A stretch of DNA of 64,000 nucleotides from Cyanobacteria bacterium P01_F01_bin.56 (GTDB lineage Bacteria > Cyanobacteriota > Cyanobacteriia > Phormidesmidales > Phormidesmidaceae), in assembly GCA_039185935.1 (NCBI GenBank), contig JBCDAJ010000012.1, positions 2,023 through 66,022 on the forward strand. The letters run 5' to 3'. Below the pieces are notes generated by a model, which ran no database searches, was not told where the DNA came from, and worked only from the letters and a program-made list of their open reading frames with translations. The position numbers and the translations under genes are program-made. Below are positions 51,179-59,999 of the stretch, one piece after another (position 1 is the first letter of the stretch; each line of letters opens with the position of its first letter).

Positions 51179-51376
51179 CGTATTCTTTTGGCGTCGCTGG
51201 CAAGAGCCTGTCTGAAAGTTCTGTAGGGTATGCACTGCCCATCCTGAACCTATCGCTCAGGGGCAGCCCCAAGAAGTGACTGCCAACAGGCCTGCACCCG
51301 CGTTTTTGGCTGCTTCGAGGGCGTTTGGAAGTGCCTCAAGGATTTCTCTGACATCATCTGCTTCTCGCTCCCCATC

Positions 51377-51419
51377 ACCGCTAGAGTAGGCTAGCGCACA
51401 GATAGCCTACTCTAGCGGT
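51377..51419. repeat. Perfect 17-bp inverted repeat hairpin
   Basis: ACCGCTAGAGTAGGCTA-9nt-TAGCCTACTCTAGCGGT. Confidence 0.8.
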
Positions 51420-51494
51420 ATTCGTCCCAGTCAACCGCATAGAACCACCAAAAACCGTCAACCCTCATAGGGTTGTGTTTCTTGTGTCCACGTC

Positions 51495-51535
51495 AAAAAG
51501 GGCAATCTCTTCACGGTAGAAAAGATTGCCCTTTT
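51495..51535 (-). terminator. Terminator downstream of ahcY
   Basis: AAAAGGGCAATCT..AGATTGCCCTTTT hairpin with A/T tails. Confidence 0.8.
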
Positions 51536-51564
51536 AAACTACTGTACTAATTCACAGAAGTAAA

Positions 51565-52950
51565 TTAGTACTTGTAGCTATCGGTCTTGAACGGACCGTT
51601 CATCGGTACGTTGATGTACTTGGCCTGCTTTTCGGTCAACTGAGTAACCACGCCACCAAAGCCTTCCACCATGTAGCGGGCGACTTCCTCGTCCAAGTGC
51701 TTGGGCAGTACTTCCACCGTGATGGCAGCAGCCTTTTCGCTAGCGGGCTTGTCGGCAAATTTGCGCTCAAAGAGGAACATTTGCGCCAAGACCTGGTTCG
51801 CAAAAGAACCATCCATAATGCGGGAGGGGTGACCGGTGGCGTTACCCAGGTTCACCAAGCGACCCTCAGCCAGCAGCAGCAAGAAATCATCCTGATCGTC
51901 GCTGCGGTAGACCTGGTGCACTTGGGGCTTCACTTCTTCCCAGCGCCAGTTTTGACGCATGTAGGCGGTGTCGATTTCGTTGTCAAAGTGGCCGATGTTG
52001 CAGACCACTGCGCCGCGCTTCAGCGCTGCCAGCATGTAAGCATCACAAACATTCACGTTGCCCGTAGCGGTCACTAACAGGTCGGTGTTGCCGAGCAAAT
52101 TGCGGTCAATACAGCTCTCGGTGCCGTCGTTCTGCCCGCCAATGTAAGGAGACACCACTTCAAAGCCGTCCATGCAAGCCTGCATCGCGCAAATGGGGTC
52201 ACATTCTGCCACCTTCACGATCATGCCTTCTTGACGCAGGGACGCGGCAGAACCTTTGCCCACGTCGCCATAGCCGATAACTAGGGCTTTTTTACCAGCC
52301 ATCAGGTGGTCGATCGCGCGCTTGATCGCGTCATTGAGGCTGTGGCGGCAGCCATACTTATTGTCGTTCTTCGCCTTGGTCACGGAGTCATTGACGTTGA
52401 CGGCGGGGACTTTCAGCTCGCCGTGCTCCAGCATTTCTAGCAGCCGGTGTACACCGGTGGTGGTTTCCTCAGTAACGCCGTGGATGCTATCCAGCATATG
52501 AGGATACTTTTCGTGAATATGGCCGGTCAGGTCGCCACCGTCATCCAAAATCATGTTGGCATCCCACAGGTCACCGGCAGGGGTGCGGCAGGTTTGCTCA
52601 ATACACCACATGTACTCGTCTTCGGTTTCCCCTTTCCAGGCATAAACAGGAGTACCGGCAGCGGCGATCGCGGCGGCGGCATGATCCTGGGTAGAGAAAA
52701 TATTGCAAGAAGACCACCGCACCTCAGCGCCGAGCGCTTGCAAGGTTTCGATCAACACGGCAGTTTGAATCGTCATGTGGATGCAGCCAATGATTTTGGC
52801 CCCTTTGAGGGGTTGGCTGGCGCGGTACTTTTCGCGGATTTTAATCAGGGCGGGCATTTCGCTCTCAGCGATCGCAATTTCCTTGCGCCCCCAATCAGCC
52901 AGAGCAATATCGGCAACTTTGTAATCTTGCTTCAGAACTTGTGCAGTCAT
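51565..52950 (-). CDS. ahcY: Adenosylhomocysteinase (proteobacterial type)
   Basis: [69 protein letters not shown]. Confidence 0.97.
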   Translation of the reverse strand: MTAQVLKQDYKVADIALADWGRKEIAIAESEMPALIKIREKYRASQPLKGAKIIGCIHMTIQTAVLIETLQALGAEVRWSSCNIFSTQDHAAAAIAAAGTPVYAWKGETEDEYMWCIEQTCRTPAGDLWDANMILDDGGDLTGHIHEKYPHMLDSIHGVTEETTTGVHRLLEMLEHGELKVPAVNVNDSVTKAKNDNKYGCRHSLNDAIKRAIDHLMAGKKALVIGYGDVGKGSAASLRQEGMIVKVAECDPICAMQACMDGFEVVSPYIGGQNDGTESCIDRNLLGNTDLLVTATGNVNVCDAYMLAALKRGAVVCNIGHFDNEIDTAYMRQNWRWEEVKPQVHQVYRSDDQDDFLLLLAEGRLVNLGNATGHPSRIMDGSFANQVLAQMFLFERKFADKPASEKAAAITVEVLPKHLDEEVARYMVEGFGGVVTQLTEKQAKYINVPMNGPFKTDSYKY

Positions 52951-53002
52951 TGAATCCTTTGAGTTAATTGAATGTCAGTGATTTATTAAAAGGTGACGGA
53001 GC

Positions 53003-54157
53003 TTAAAGGGCGGCCTTCAGCAACTCCGCTTTGTCCGTCTTCTCCCAGGTGATATCGGGCAGTTCGCGACCAAAGTGGCCGTAAGCTGCAGTCTGACGAT
53101 AAATTGGACGACGTAAATCCAGCATATCGATTAATCCCTGGGGACGCAGATCAAAATGCTCGCGCACCAGTCTAACAATCTGCTCGTCAGAAATCTTGCC
53201 TGTCCCAAACGTGTTGATCGAAATCGATGTCGGCTGTGACACCCCAATCGCGTAAGAAACTTGGATTTCGCAGCGTTCTGCTAGCCCAGCTGCGACAATA
53301 TTTTTTGCGACATAGCGTCCGGCATAGGCCGCCGAGCGATCGACCTTAGACGGATCTTTGCCAGAGAACGCTCCACCCCCGTGACGGGCCATGCCGCCGT
53401 AGGTATCGACAATAATTTTGCGTCCGGTCAAGCCACAGTCGCCCACCGGTCCCCCAATGATGAACTGCCCAGTGGGATTGATGTGATACTGCGTGCCCAC
53501 ATGAAACCACGCTTGGGGCAGTACCGGCTTGATGATTTCTTCCATCACCGCTTCGCGAATGTCGCCGAGGGCAATATCCGGTTCGTGCTGAGTAGACAAA
53601 ACGACCGCATCAACGGCGACCGGTTTGCCATCTTCATAACGTAACGTCACCTGACTCTTGGCATCTGGACGTAGCCAAGGCAAAACACCTTGTTCACGCA
53701 GAGCCGCCTGACGCTCGACGAGGCGATGGGCATAGTAAATTGGTGCGGGCATCAAAACATCGGTTTCATTTGTGGCGTAGCCAAACATCAAACCCTGGTC
53801 GCCCGCACCCAAGTCTTTGTTAGCGGCTTCATCAACGCCCATCGCAATGTCTGAAGACTGCTTTCCGATCGCGTTCAATACAGCACAGGAGTCACCATCA
53901 AAGCCCACATCAGAGCTGTTGTAGCCGATATCTAGAATAACGTTACGCACAACATCTTCGAGATCGACATAGGTACTGGTGCGCACTTCACCCGCGATCA
54001 CTGCCATTCCCGTTTTGACCAGAGTTTCGACGGCCACGCGGGCATGAGCGTCGTCTTTGAGAATGGCATCCAAAATGGCATCTGAGATCTGGTCTGCCAT
54101 TTTGTCGGGGTGGCCTGCGGATACCGATTCCGAGGTAAAAATGCTGTATTCACTCAT
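53003..54157 (-). CDS. metK: S-adenosylmethionine synthetase (proteobacterial type)
   Basis: [40 protein letters not shown]; ATG at 54157. Confidence 0.97.
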   Translation of the reverse strand: MSEYSIFTSESVSAGHPDKMADQISDAILDAILKDDAHARVAVETLVKTGMAVIAGEVRTSTYVDLEDVVRNVILDIGYNSSDVGFDGDSCAVLNAIGKQSSDIAMGVDEAANKDLGAGDQGLMFGYATNETDVLMPAPIYYAHRLVERQAALREQGVLPWLRPDAKSQVTLRYEDGKPVAVDAVVLSTQHEPDIALGDIREAVMEEIIKPVLPQAWFHVGTQYHINPTGQFIIGGPVGDCGLTGRKIIVDTYGGMARHGGGAFSGKDPSKVDRSAAYAGRYVAKNIVAAGLAERCEIQVSYAIGVSQPTSISINTFGTGKISDEQIVRLVREHFDLRPQGLIDMLDLRRPIYRQTAAYGHFGRELPDITWEKTDKAELLKAAL

Positions 54158-54381
54158 GCTGTCAACGAGGGTAATGAGGATAGAACAAAGAAAGAGAATA
54201 GTCTCATATCCTATCTTTTTGCCCAACAATTTTGAAGCAATGTGGAAGCTTAACAAACAAATACAACGGAATTCTTCAATTTAAGGGAGCTGTACGCCAA
54301 TCACATCTCATCGCCCCGCTTACCGATTCACTCTGCCACAGCCATGAATGGGTACTTGATTGCTTGGCCGCTCCCTAATCT

Positions 54382-54882
54382 CTAGCAGGGCACCAGAACG
54401 TCCGTCCGACTGAGCACCCGCAAATCAGCTTCATCCAATTCATCCGGCACCCCATTGCGAATCAGCTCGGCAAAGTCTTCATTGGGCACCATGATGCAGA
54501 GCATGTAAAGGCGATCGCGGCCCACATTTCGCACCTCATGCGTTCCACTGTTGGGAATCAAAATGCTGTCGCCCGTCTTGAGCGGCACTACCTTGCCATC
54601 ACAAACCGCTTCGCCTTCGCCTTTCAGCACGTAAAACATCTCCACCGCCGCATTGTGACGATGAGAAGGCGTCTCCCCCCCCACTTCAAAAATTTCGACA
54701 CAGTAGGTCAGTGAAACATCCGCCGTCTTGGGGTCAAACACGATCGCCAGGCGATTGCGGTCTTCCGGACTAATGCGAAAAACCTGATAGTCCCGATAGG
54801 TTTTCATCACTGGCAGCTTACAAGCTTGGGCGGCTTCAGTGGCCATTGCTGCAGCGGTTAGAGGTGAAGAAGTATGAGTCAT
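54382..54882 (-). CDS. Cupin domain protein
   Basis: TPSHRHNAAVEMFYVLKGEG..SGTHEVRN cupin metal motifs. Confidence 0.85.
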   Translation of the reverse strand: MTHTSSPLTAAAMATEAAQACKLPVMKTYRDYQVFRISPEDRNRLAIVFDPKTADVSLTYCVEIFEVGGETPSHRHNAAVEMFYVLKGEGEAVCDGKVVPLKTGDSILIPNSGTHEVRNVGRDRLYMLCIMVPNEDFAELIRNGVPDELDEADLRVLSRTDVLVPC

Positions 54883-55291
54883 AAATCCGTCAGTAGGCGT
54901 TTACCAAAACAGCAAAGAAGCGGAAAACACTCGTCAGCATTCGCGGCGATCGCAAACCATGACCTAGCACAATTAGACGTCAGCCCACTCAGCAATACCG
55001 TAGCCAATGTGTCCGGAAGACAGCGAAATTGCGGTCAGAGTGGATAAACCCACTACGGCAGTGCTCTAAATCGGGTTGTGTTGTCTTGCTTTGACTCTAG
55101 GCCGCATTACCGGGAGTGGTAGCCAAAATACAGGTTTTGTAAAAAAAGTGCAGCGCGGCTATCGGCTCGAACAGTCAGCCACGGTAGGCAAGACCTGCGC
55201 CGTCCGTCTCCGTTCGTTTGCAGTCGTTAGCAGCGAGTGGGCGGGGGTTGTAAACGACTCGAACATCACAATCAGACGCTACATAGCAGAA

Positions 55292-55346
55292 TTCGGAGTT
55301 CGGAGTTCGGAGTTCGGAGTTCGGAGTTCGGAGTTCGGAGTTCGGC
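55292..55346 (+). repeat. Heptamer tandem repeat (TTCGGAG)x7 plus a partial unit, STRR-like
   Basis: Seven perfect copies counted. Confidence 0.95.
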
Positions 55347-55463
55347 ATAAGAATACTGGCTGTGGGGTGCTTTCAGACATTACAACTGTCCTGACCGGAT
55401 TGCGGATCGCTATACCCAGCCAACGATGAAATACAGCTTCACAGAGAATCTATGATTCGGTAA

Positions 55464-55570
55464 GGGAGTTGCGCTTAAATAACATCCCATCCACCCTGCT
55501 ACCCATCCACCCTGCGACCCACCCACCCAGCCACAGTCTTGTCCGGGTACTTTATTTTCAAGCCGATCCC
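55464..55570 (+). mobile_element. MITE-like element, family B copy 2 (107 bp)
   Basis: Same ends as 34114; TAA on both flanks; three internal 16-bp units. Confidence 0.85.
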
Positions 55571-55632
55571 TAATTTAATTCCGAGCGGTTCTTTAGACTA
55601 AAAGGGATGTCGCGATCGCCCCTGCAGACCTG

Positions 55633-56406
55633 ATGGAAATTTTTCGCTTACCGGTACTGGCTGATAACTACATTTTTTTGCTCTACGACTCCGCTAGTCA
55701 GACCGCAGCAGTCGTTGATCCGGCTCAGCCCGCCCCTGTATTGCGCGAGTTAGAACGGCTCGGAGCCTCTCTAAACGCCATTTTGAACACGCATCACCAT
55801 GCCGATCATGTCGGTGGCAATCGTCACTTACTCAGGCGGTTTCCCCAGGCTGTTGTTTATGGCGGCGCTGAAGATCAGGGTCGCATTCCCGGACAGCAGG
55901 TTTTCTTGAGCGAAGGGGATACCGTGACGGTGGCTCAGCGTACGGCTCAAGTTTATTTTGTGCCAGGGCATACGAGGGCACACATTGCTTACTACTTTCC
56001 TCCCATGGAAACCGGCGATTGGGGCGAGTTATTTTGCGGTGACACCTTGTTTGCTGGCGGGTGTGGGCGCTTGTTTGAAGGCACTCCTCAGCAAATGGTG
56101 AATTCTTTGTCGAAGGTGCGATCGCTGCCTGACACGACCCGCATTTGGTGTGCCCACGAATATACGCTGAGTAATCTCAAGTTTGCCCTCACCGTTGATG
56201 CTGACAATCGTGACCTGCAACAGCGGTGGACTGAGGTGCAGGCCGCTCGCCAGCAAAACGAAGCTACCGTGCCCTCGACTTTAGGTATCGAAAAACGCAC
56301 AAACCCCTTTCTCCGTTGGGATCAACCAGCCCTGCAGGCAGCCGCTAAGATGGCGGACCCAGTGAGAACATTTGCCCGAATTCGCGGCATGAAAGATCAG
56401 TTCTGA
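55633..56406 (+). CDS. gloB: Hydroxyacylglutathione hydrolase (glyoxalase II)
   Basis: [41 protein letters not shown]. Confidence 0.95.
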   Translation: MEIFRLPVLADNYIFLLYDSASQTAAVVDPAQPAPVLRELERLGASLNAILNTHHHADHVGGNRHLLRRFPQAVVYGGAEDQGRIPGQQVFLSEGDTVTVAQRTAQVYFVPGHTRAHIAYYFPPMETGDWGELFCGDTLFAGGCGRLFEGTPQQMVNSLSKVRSLPDTTRIWCAHEYTLSNLKFALTVDADNRDLQQRWTEVQAARQQNEATVPSTLGIEKRTNPFLRWDQPALQAAAKMADPVRTFARIRGMKDQF

Positions 56407-56437
56407 CGGTTTGCCCAAGACAGTTTGCCTAAGATAT

Positions 56438-56872
56438 TCATGCGGTGAATTCGGCCCCCTGAAACAGGAGCGTCGGTAACCAACTCATGCCCAAACCGAG
56501 CATTGATAACAAGATCATGAGGATAAAAGACACGCGATCGCCCATTCCGTCAATTAGGCAATCCACTCGAACCAGCAGAGCCGCCGCCAGCAGCACCACA
56601 ATGTAGGCAAAAGTCCGTAGCTGAGTCACGGCCAAAACGGCTAAAGACGCCAAAGCCAGCACCATGATGGAGTAACCTACATCGGTCTTAAAGCCTTTGA
56701 GCAAAAAGTTGCGTACCGGTTGCCAGAAAAAGGTCAGTACCCCAGCCTTAATCACAATTAAGGCTAATGTGATGGACCAGATGAGTTGACTGGAGTCATT
56801 GTTATGCAATAGCTGTCCGTAGGTGGCGTAAGACAGCACTAACAATCCCCAAGACAGCCAGCGGCTTTTCAT
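56438..56872 (-). CDS. Hypothetical membrane protein
   Basis: Five hydrophobic segments. Confidence 0.75.
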   Translation of the reverse strand: MKSRWLSWGLLVLSYATYGQLLHNNDSSQLIWSITLALIVIKAGVLTFFWQPVRNFLLKGFKTDVGYSIMVLALASLAVLAVTQLRTFAYIVVLLAAALLVRVDCLIDGMGDRVSFILMILLSMLGLGMSWLPTLLFQGAEFTA

Positions 56873-56935
56873 TAGTGTGAGCTCCGACCTGCTTTCATCA
56901 ACGCTACCAAGAGTTGACTCAATCGCCTGGAGTTT

Positions 56936-57340
56936 TTATAGATTTGTCGAGATTGCCTCTACCGGACAAGTGGGAATGCACTGCTCACAAACAATACAGC
57001 GCGATCGCGCAAACGTTAGTCGAAAGGTTACTGGATCAAGGCTTAAGGCCCCAGTGGGGCACACCCCGGTACATAGGCCACAGTGTACACAAGTATCTTC
57101 ATCAATCAGGATTTCGCGGCTGGCTTGAGAAATGCTGATGTCATTTTCCTGCAGCCAGGCGATCGCATCCTCTAGCTGGTCAATATCGCCTGACAGTTCC
57201 ACCACCAATTTACCGATTTGGTTCGGTGCTACCTGAGCGCGAATAATATTCGCCGCCACGTTGAAATCTTTAGCCAAGCGATAAGTTATCGGTTGGTGCA
57301 CCGTTTTTTTCGGAAACGTCAGGGTGACCCGCTTTTTCAT
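56936..57340 (-). CDS. NIL-domain 2x[4Fe-4S] ferredoxin
   Basis: NIL motif AANIIRA; CVHCGLCTGVCP and CIVCEQCIPTCP. Confidence 0.9.
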   Translation of the reverse strand: MKKRVTLTFPKKTVHQPITYRLAKDFNVAANIIRAQVAPNQIGKLVVELSGDIDQLEDAIAWLQENDISISQASREILIDEDTCVHCGLCTGVCPTGALSLDPVTFRLTFARSRCIVCEQCIPTCPVEAISTNL

Positions 57341-57380
57341 TACAAGGGCTCAGTGGGTGTCCGCTATCTTAAAGATATAT

Positions 57381-57491
57381 AGGACTGACGCAGTTGCAGC
57401 CGATTTTGGCCCCTGACATCCCCAATACTGAGGAAATCGGCTGCAACATCCCCCAGATTTGGGGGATTCAAGGGGCTTTGGCGGAAGTCCA
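57381..57491. mobile_element. MITE-like element, family A copy 2 (reverse orientation, diverged)
   Basis: Colinear with the reverse complement of 32208-32317; ATATA on both flanks. Confidence 0.8.
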
Positions 57492-57533
57492 AATATAGAG
57501 AGTTCACATCAATATCACCTCACCAGACAGCCA

Positions 57534-58148
57534 ATGGATCAGTCTACGCAATCATCAACTTCTCCGAACGCTGCCACGACCCCTAATCTTGCGACCAAGG
57601 CTCGCAATCTACTAGTTGTCAGTGTGGCGATGATTTTATCTGTTTTGGTGGTCATGGGGGTACGAACTCAAACCCCGGCAGCTTCGTTAGAAACTCTCGC
57701 CGCTGAGTCAACATCGCTAGAAGTTGCCTTAACGAACGAGAAGCCCTCTTTTATGGAGTTTTATGCCAACTGGTGCACCTCATGCCAGGCCATGGCCGGC
57801 GATATGGCCAGCTTGCGTACCGCCTATGGCAATGACGTAAATTTCGTCATGCTTAATGTCGACAACAACAAGTGGCTACCCGAGATGCTGCATTATCGAG
57901 TTGATGGCATTCCTCATTTTGTTTACTTAAACGAGCAGGGTGAACCCGTGACAGCCGCCATTGGTGAACAACCGAAGGCCGTGATTGCGAGCAACCTCGA
58001 GGCGTTGATTGCGGGAGATACCCTGCCTTACCAGCAGGGTCTGGGGCAAACTTCTGACTTAGAAACACCTGCCGCCCGCAGTGCCGTGCTCACTCAGACC
58101 AATCGTAGTGACGATCCTCGCAGTCACGGAGCGCAAGCAGCGAACTAG
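57534..58148 (+). CDS. txlA: Membrane-anchored thioredoxin-like protein (TxlA/HCF164)
   Basis: TM anchor; FYANWCTSC CxxC; VDGIPHFVYL. Confidence 0.85.
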   Translation: MDQSTQSSTSPNAATTPNLATKARNLLVVSVAMILSVLVVMGVRTQTPAASLETLAAESTSLEVALTNEKPSFMEFYANWCTSCQAMAGDMASLRTAYGNDVNFVMLNVDNNKWLPEMLHYRVDGIPHFVYLNEQGEPVTAAIGEQPKAVIASNLEALIAGDTLPYQQGLGQTSDLETPAARSAVLTQTNRSDDPRSHGAQAAN

Positions 58149-58238
58149 GGGTCGGCTGGAAAATACAGTACCCGGACAAGACTGTGGCAGGGTGGATGGG
58201 TCGCAGGGTGGATGGGTTGTTATTTAAGCGCGACTCCC
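58148..58238 (-). mobile_element. MITE-like element, family B copy 3 (91 bp, reverse)
   Basis: Reverse complement matches copies 1 and 2; two internal 16-bp units. Confidence 0.85.
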
Positions 58239-58521
58239 TAACTGGCTCGTGCTTGATGGCAGACGTCGCCCTACTGTTTCAGTTTCTACAGTCCCTGATG
58301 AAGTAGGGCTTAAACACATTTTGGTAAGGCTGCAAAATGCGATATTACTCCCACCGCTATCCTCCCGTTTTGTGGGCTGGCTGGAGTTCTCAGTTTCCCT
58401 GCCTGAGGGGATGTAGAGGATTGGGTCGATGGTAACGATCACCCAGTAGCCTATGTGCAACCCGCAGCCTTACAAAGAGGAATTTATGGGTTCGTGCAAG
58501 CGGTCTAAGGAATCAATAAGA

Positions 58522-59160
58522 TCAGAGCAGCACAGTTTCTAATTTGGCGATCGCCGTTTCCAAAGCGTCATTGACGATCTGTAGGTCAAATTCATCGGCG
58601 GCGTTGAGTTCAACCCGAGACCGAGCTAGACGACGGTTAATGGCTGCTTCATCATCTTGCCCGCGATCGCGAATGCGGCGTTCCAGCTCTTCCGGAGACG
58701 GAGGCATCAGGAAAATCTTAAAGGCCTGCGGAAAGGATTGGGCGACCTGGCGAGCTCCCTCCAGCTCGATCTCAAGAATCACCTGATTACCCCGTGCAAT
58801 TTGATCTTCGACGGCCTGACGCGGGGTGCCATAGTAATTACCCGCAAACTCTGCCCACTCCAGCAATTCGCCAGCCGCAATCATCTGTTCAAACTGCTCG
58901 CGGGTCACAAAATAATAATCTTTGCCGTGTTCTTCACCCTGCCGTGGCGCACGGGTCGTGGCCGACGTTGACAGATACAGATCGGGATGACGCTGTCGTA
59001 GGTGTCGTAGCAATGTGCCTTTACCAACGCCACTGGGGCCCGAGAGAACGACTAACCGGCCCGCCGTCGTCACCGAAGGATGAACCACCCCCGTCGGAGT
59101 TTTGCCCTCCGAGGCGGTGTTTGAAAACCGGGAAGCATCTGGGGTTAGAGTCTGTGTCAT
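58522..59160 (-). CDS. gmk: Guanylate kinase
   Basis: [42 protein letters not shown]. Confidence 0.97.
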   Translation of the reverse strand: MTQTLTPDASRFSNTASEGKTPTGVVHPSVTTAGRLVVLSGPSGVGKGTLLRHLRQRHPDLYLSTSATTRAPRQGEEHGKDYYFVTREQFEQMIAAGELLEWAEFAGNYYGTPRQAVEDQIARGNQVILEIELEGARQVAQSFPQAFKIFLMPPSPEELERRIRDRGQDDEAAINRRLARSRVELNAADEFDLQIVNDALETAIAKLETVLL

Positions 59161-59372
59161 GGCAATTAAGGGAACCGCTGCGAGATGGACGAATGAAATA
59201 TAAGGTGCTTAAAACTTGGCCAACGTTCATTACAGAGATTGCAAGCTGACCGAATGGCGAAGGTGAATTTAGATAAAAGCAGCTAGAGCACCGATTTGGC
59301 GTAGTTACCGTGGCTCATCCACATTGAAAACTGGTTTGCTACAGGATAACAGGCATCTCAGATTTAGCGTGG

Positions 59373-59581
59373 CTAATCTGGGGCCTCATCGAATAAGACA
59401 GTTGTCATGTAGCGCGCTGCCTAGGTGTCATATAGCGCGCTGCCCAGGCGTCGCCAAACGCTTTCTCCAGCACTCTGCGAATGGTGAGATGCTTTTGCCA
59501 CACTGCTTCAATAATGTTCGCCAGTTGACGAATCATCGGGTGCTGTTGCTCTCGGAGCGAAGTCGGAGAAGATGCGGTCAT
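59373..59581 (-). pseudogene. pcyA: Phycocyanobilin:ferredoxin oxidoreductase relic (large internal deletion plus 23-bp tandem duplication)
   Basis: N-terminus TSLREQQHPMIRQLANIIEAVWQKHL joined directly to C-terminus RRVLEKAFGDAWAARYMT, then MTTVLFDEAPD* after the duplication. Confidence 0.85.
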
Positions 59582-59999
59582 AACTTTTGTAAGTAGGTGG
59601 GTTGAATCTTTTGTAGAACGAGTCGATGATGACAAAACCTTTGCGAGCGTTGGGTTTCGTTCCTCAACCGCAACCTACATCCATTTGCAATTCAATCACG
59701 CCTGCCTACTTATGAAGAAGGCGAGGTGTGACATCAAGCATTTAGGCTAGCTTTCAGGCAGGCTTGCCGAACTCGGCAACATGGCAATGAGAGCAAGCCC
59801 TCTTGGAGGCTGTCTGACGTCACTTTAGACTTTTCAACATATCAGATTAGCTGGTTTCCCATGATGTCCGGCGTGGCAGCCGGTCTGACGAGCAAAGCGA
59901 CTACAAGGCCAGATCATCCCGGCAAATCAGGCTGGTTCTTTCCTGAATGGGAGGTCGACAATTGGGAGATTTAAACTAAAGTTCTATGGCAATCAAATT

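Noticed and set aside
52447-52953. Antisense ORFs over ahcY (also 51697-52077) and similar ones over psaAB, purA, aspS and NACHT
   Set aside because: They fully overlap confident conserved genes and have no recognisable motifs
52951-54380. SAH or SAM riboswitch upstream of ahcY or metK
   Set aside because: No recognisable aptamer consensus; the ahcY leader is only 52 bp and AT-rich. An Rfam scan would settle it
54883-55290. Guanidine (ykkC) riboswitch upstream of the cupin gene
   Set aside because: The conserved 3' AAAAGCCCGGGAG-like motif was not found
22045-59160. Apparent purine/adenosine super-cluster (purA, add, cyclase, purD, ahcY, gmk)
   Set aside because: The genes are scattered over 37 kb in separate transcription units; this is ordinary cyanobacterial gene dispersion
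59600-59990. Possible ncRNA between the pcyA relic and the TPR gene
   Set aside because: No recognisable family motif or strong terminator; cannot be supported without an Rfam scan or RNA-seq
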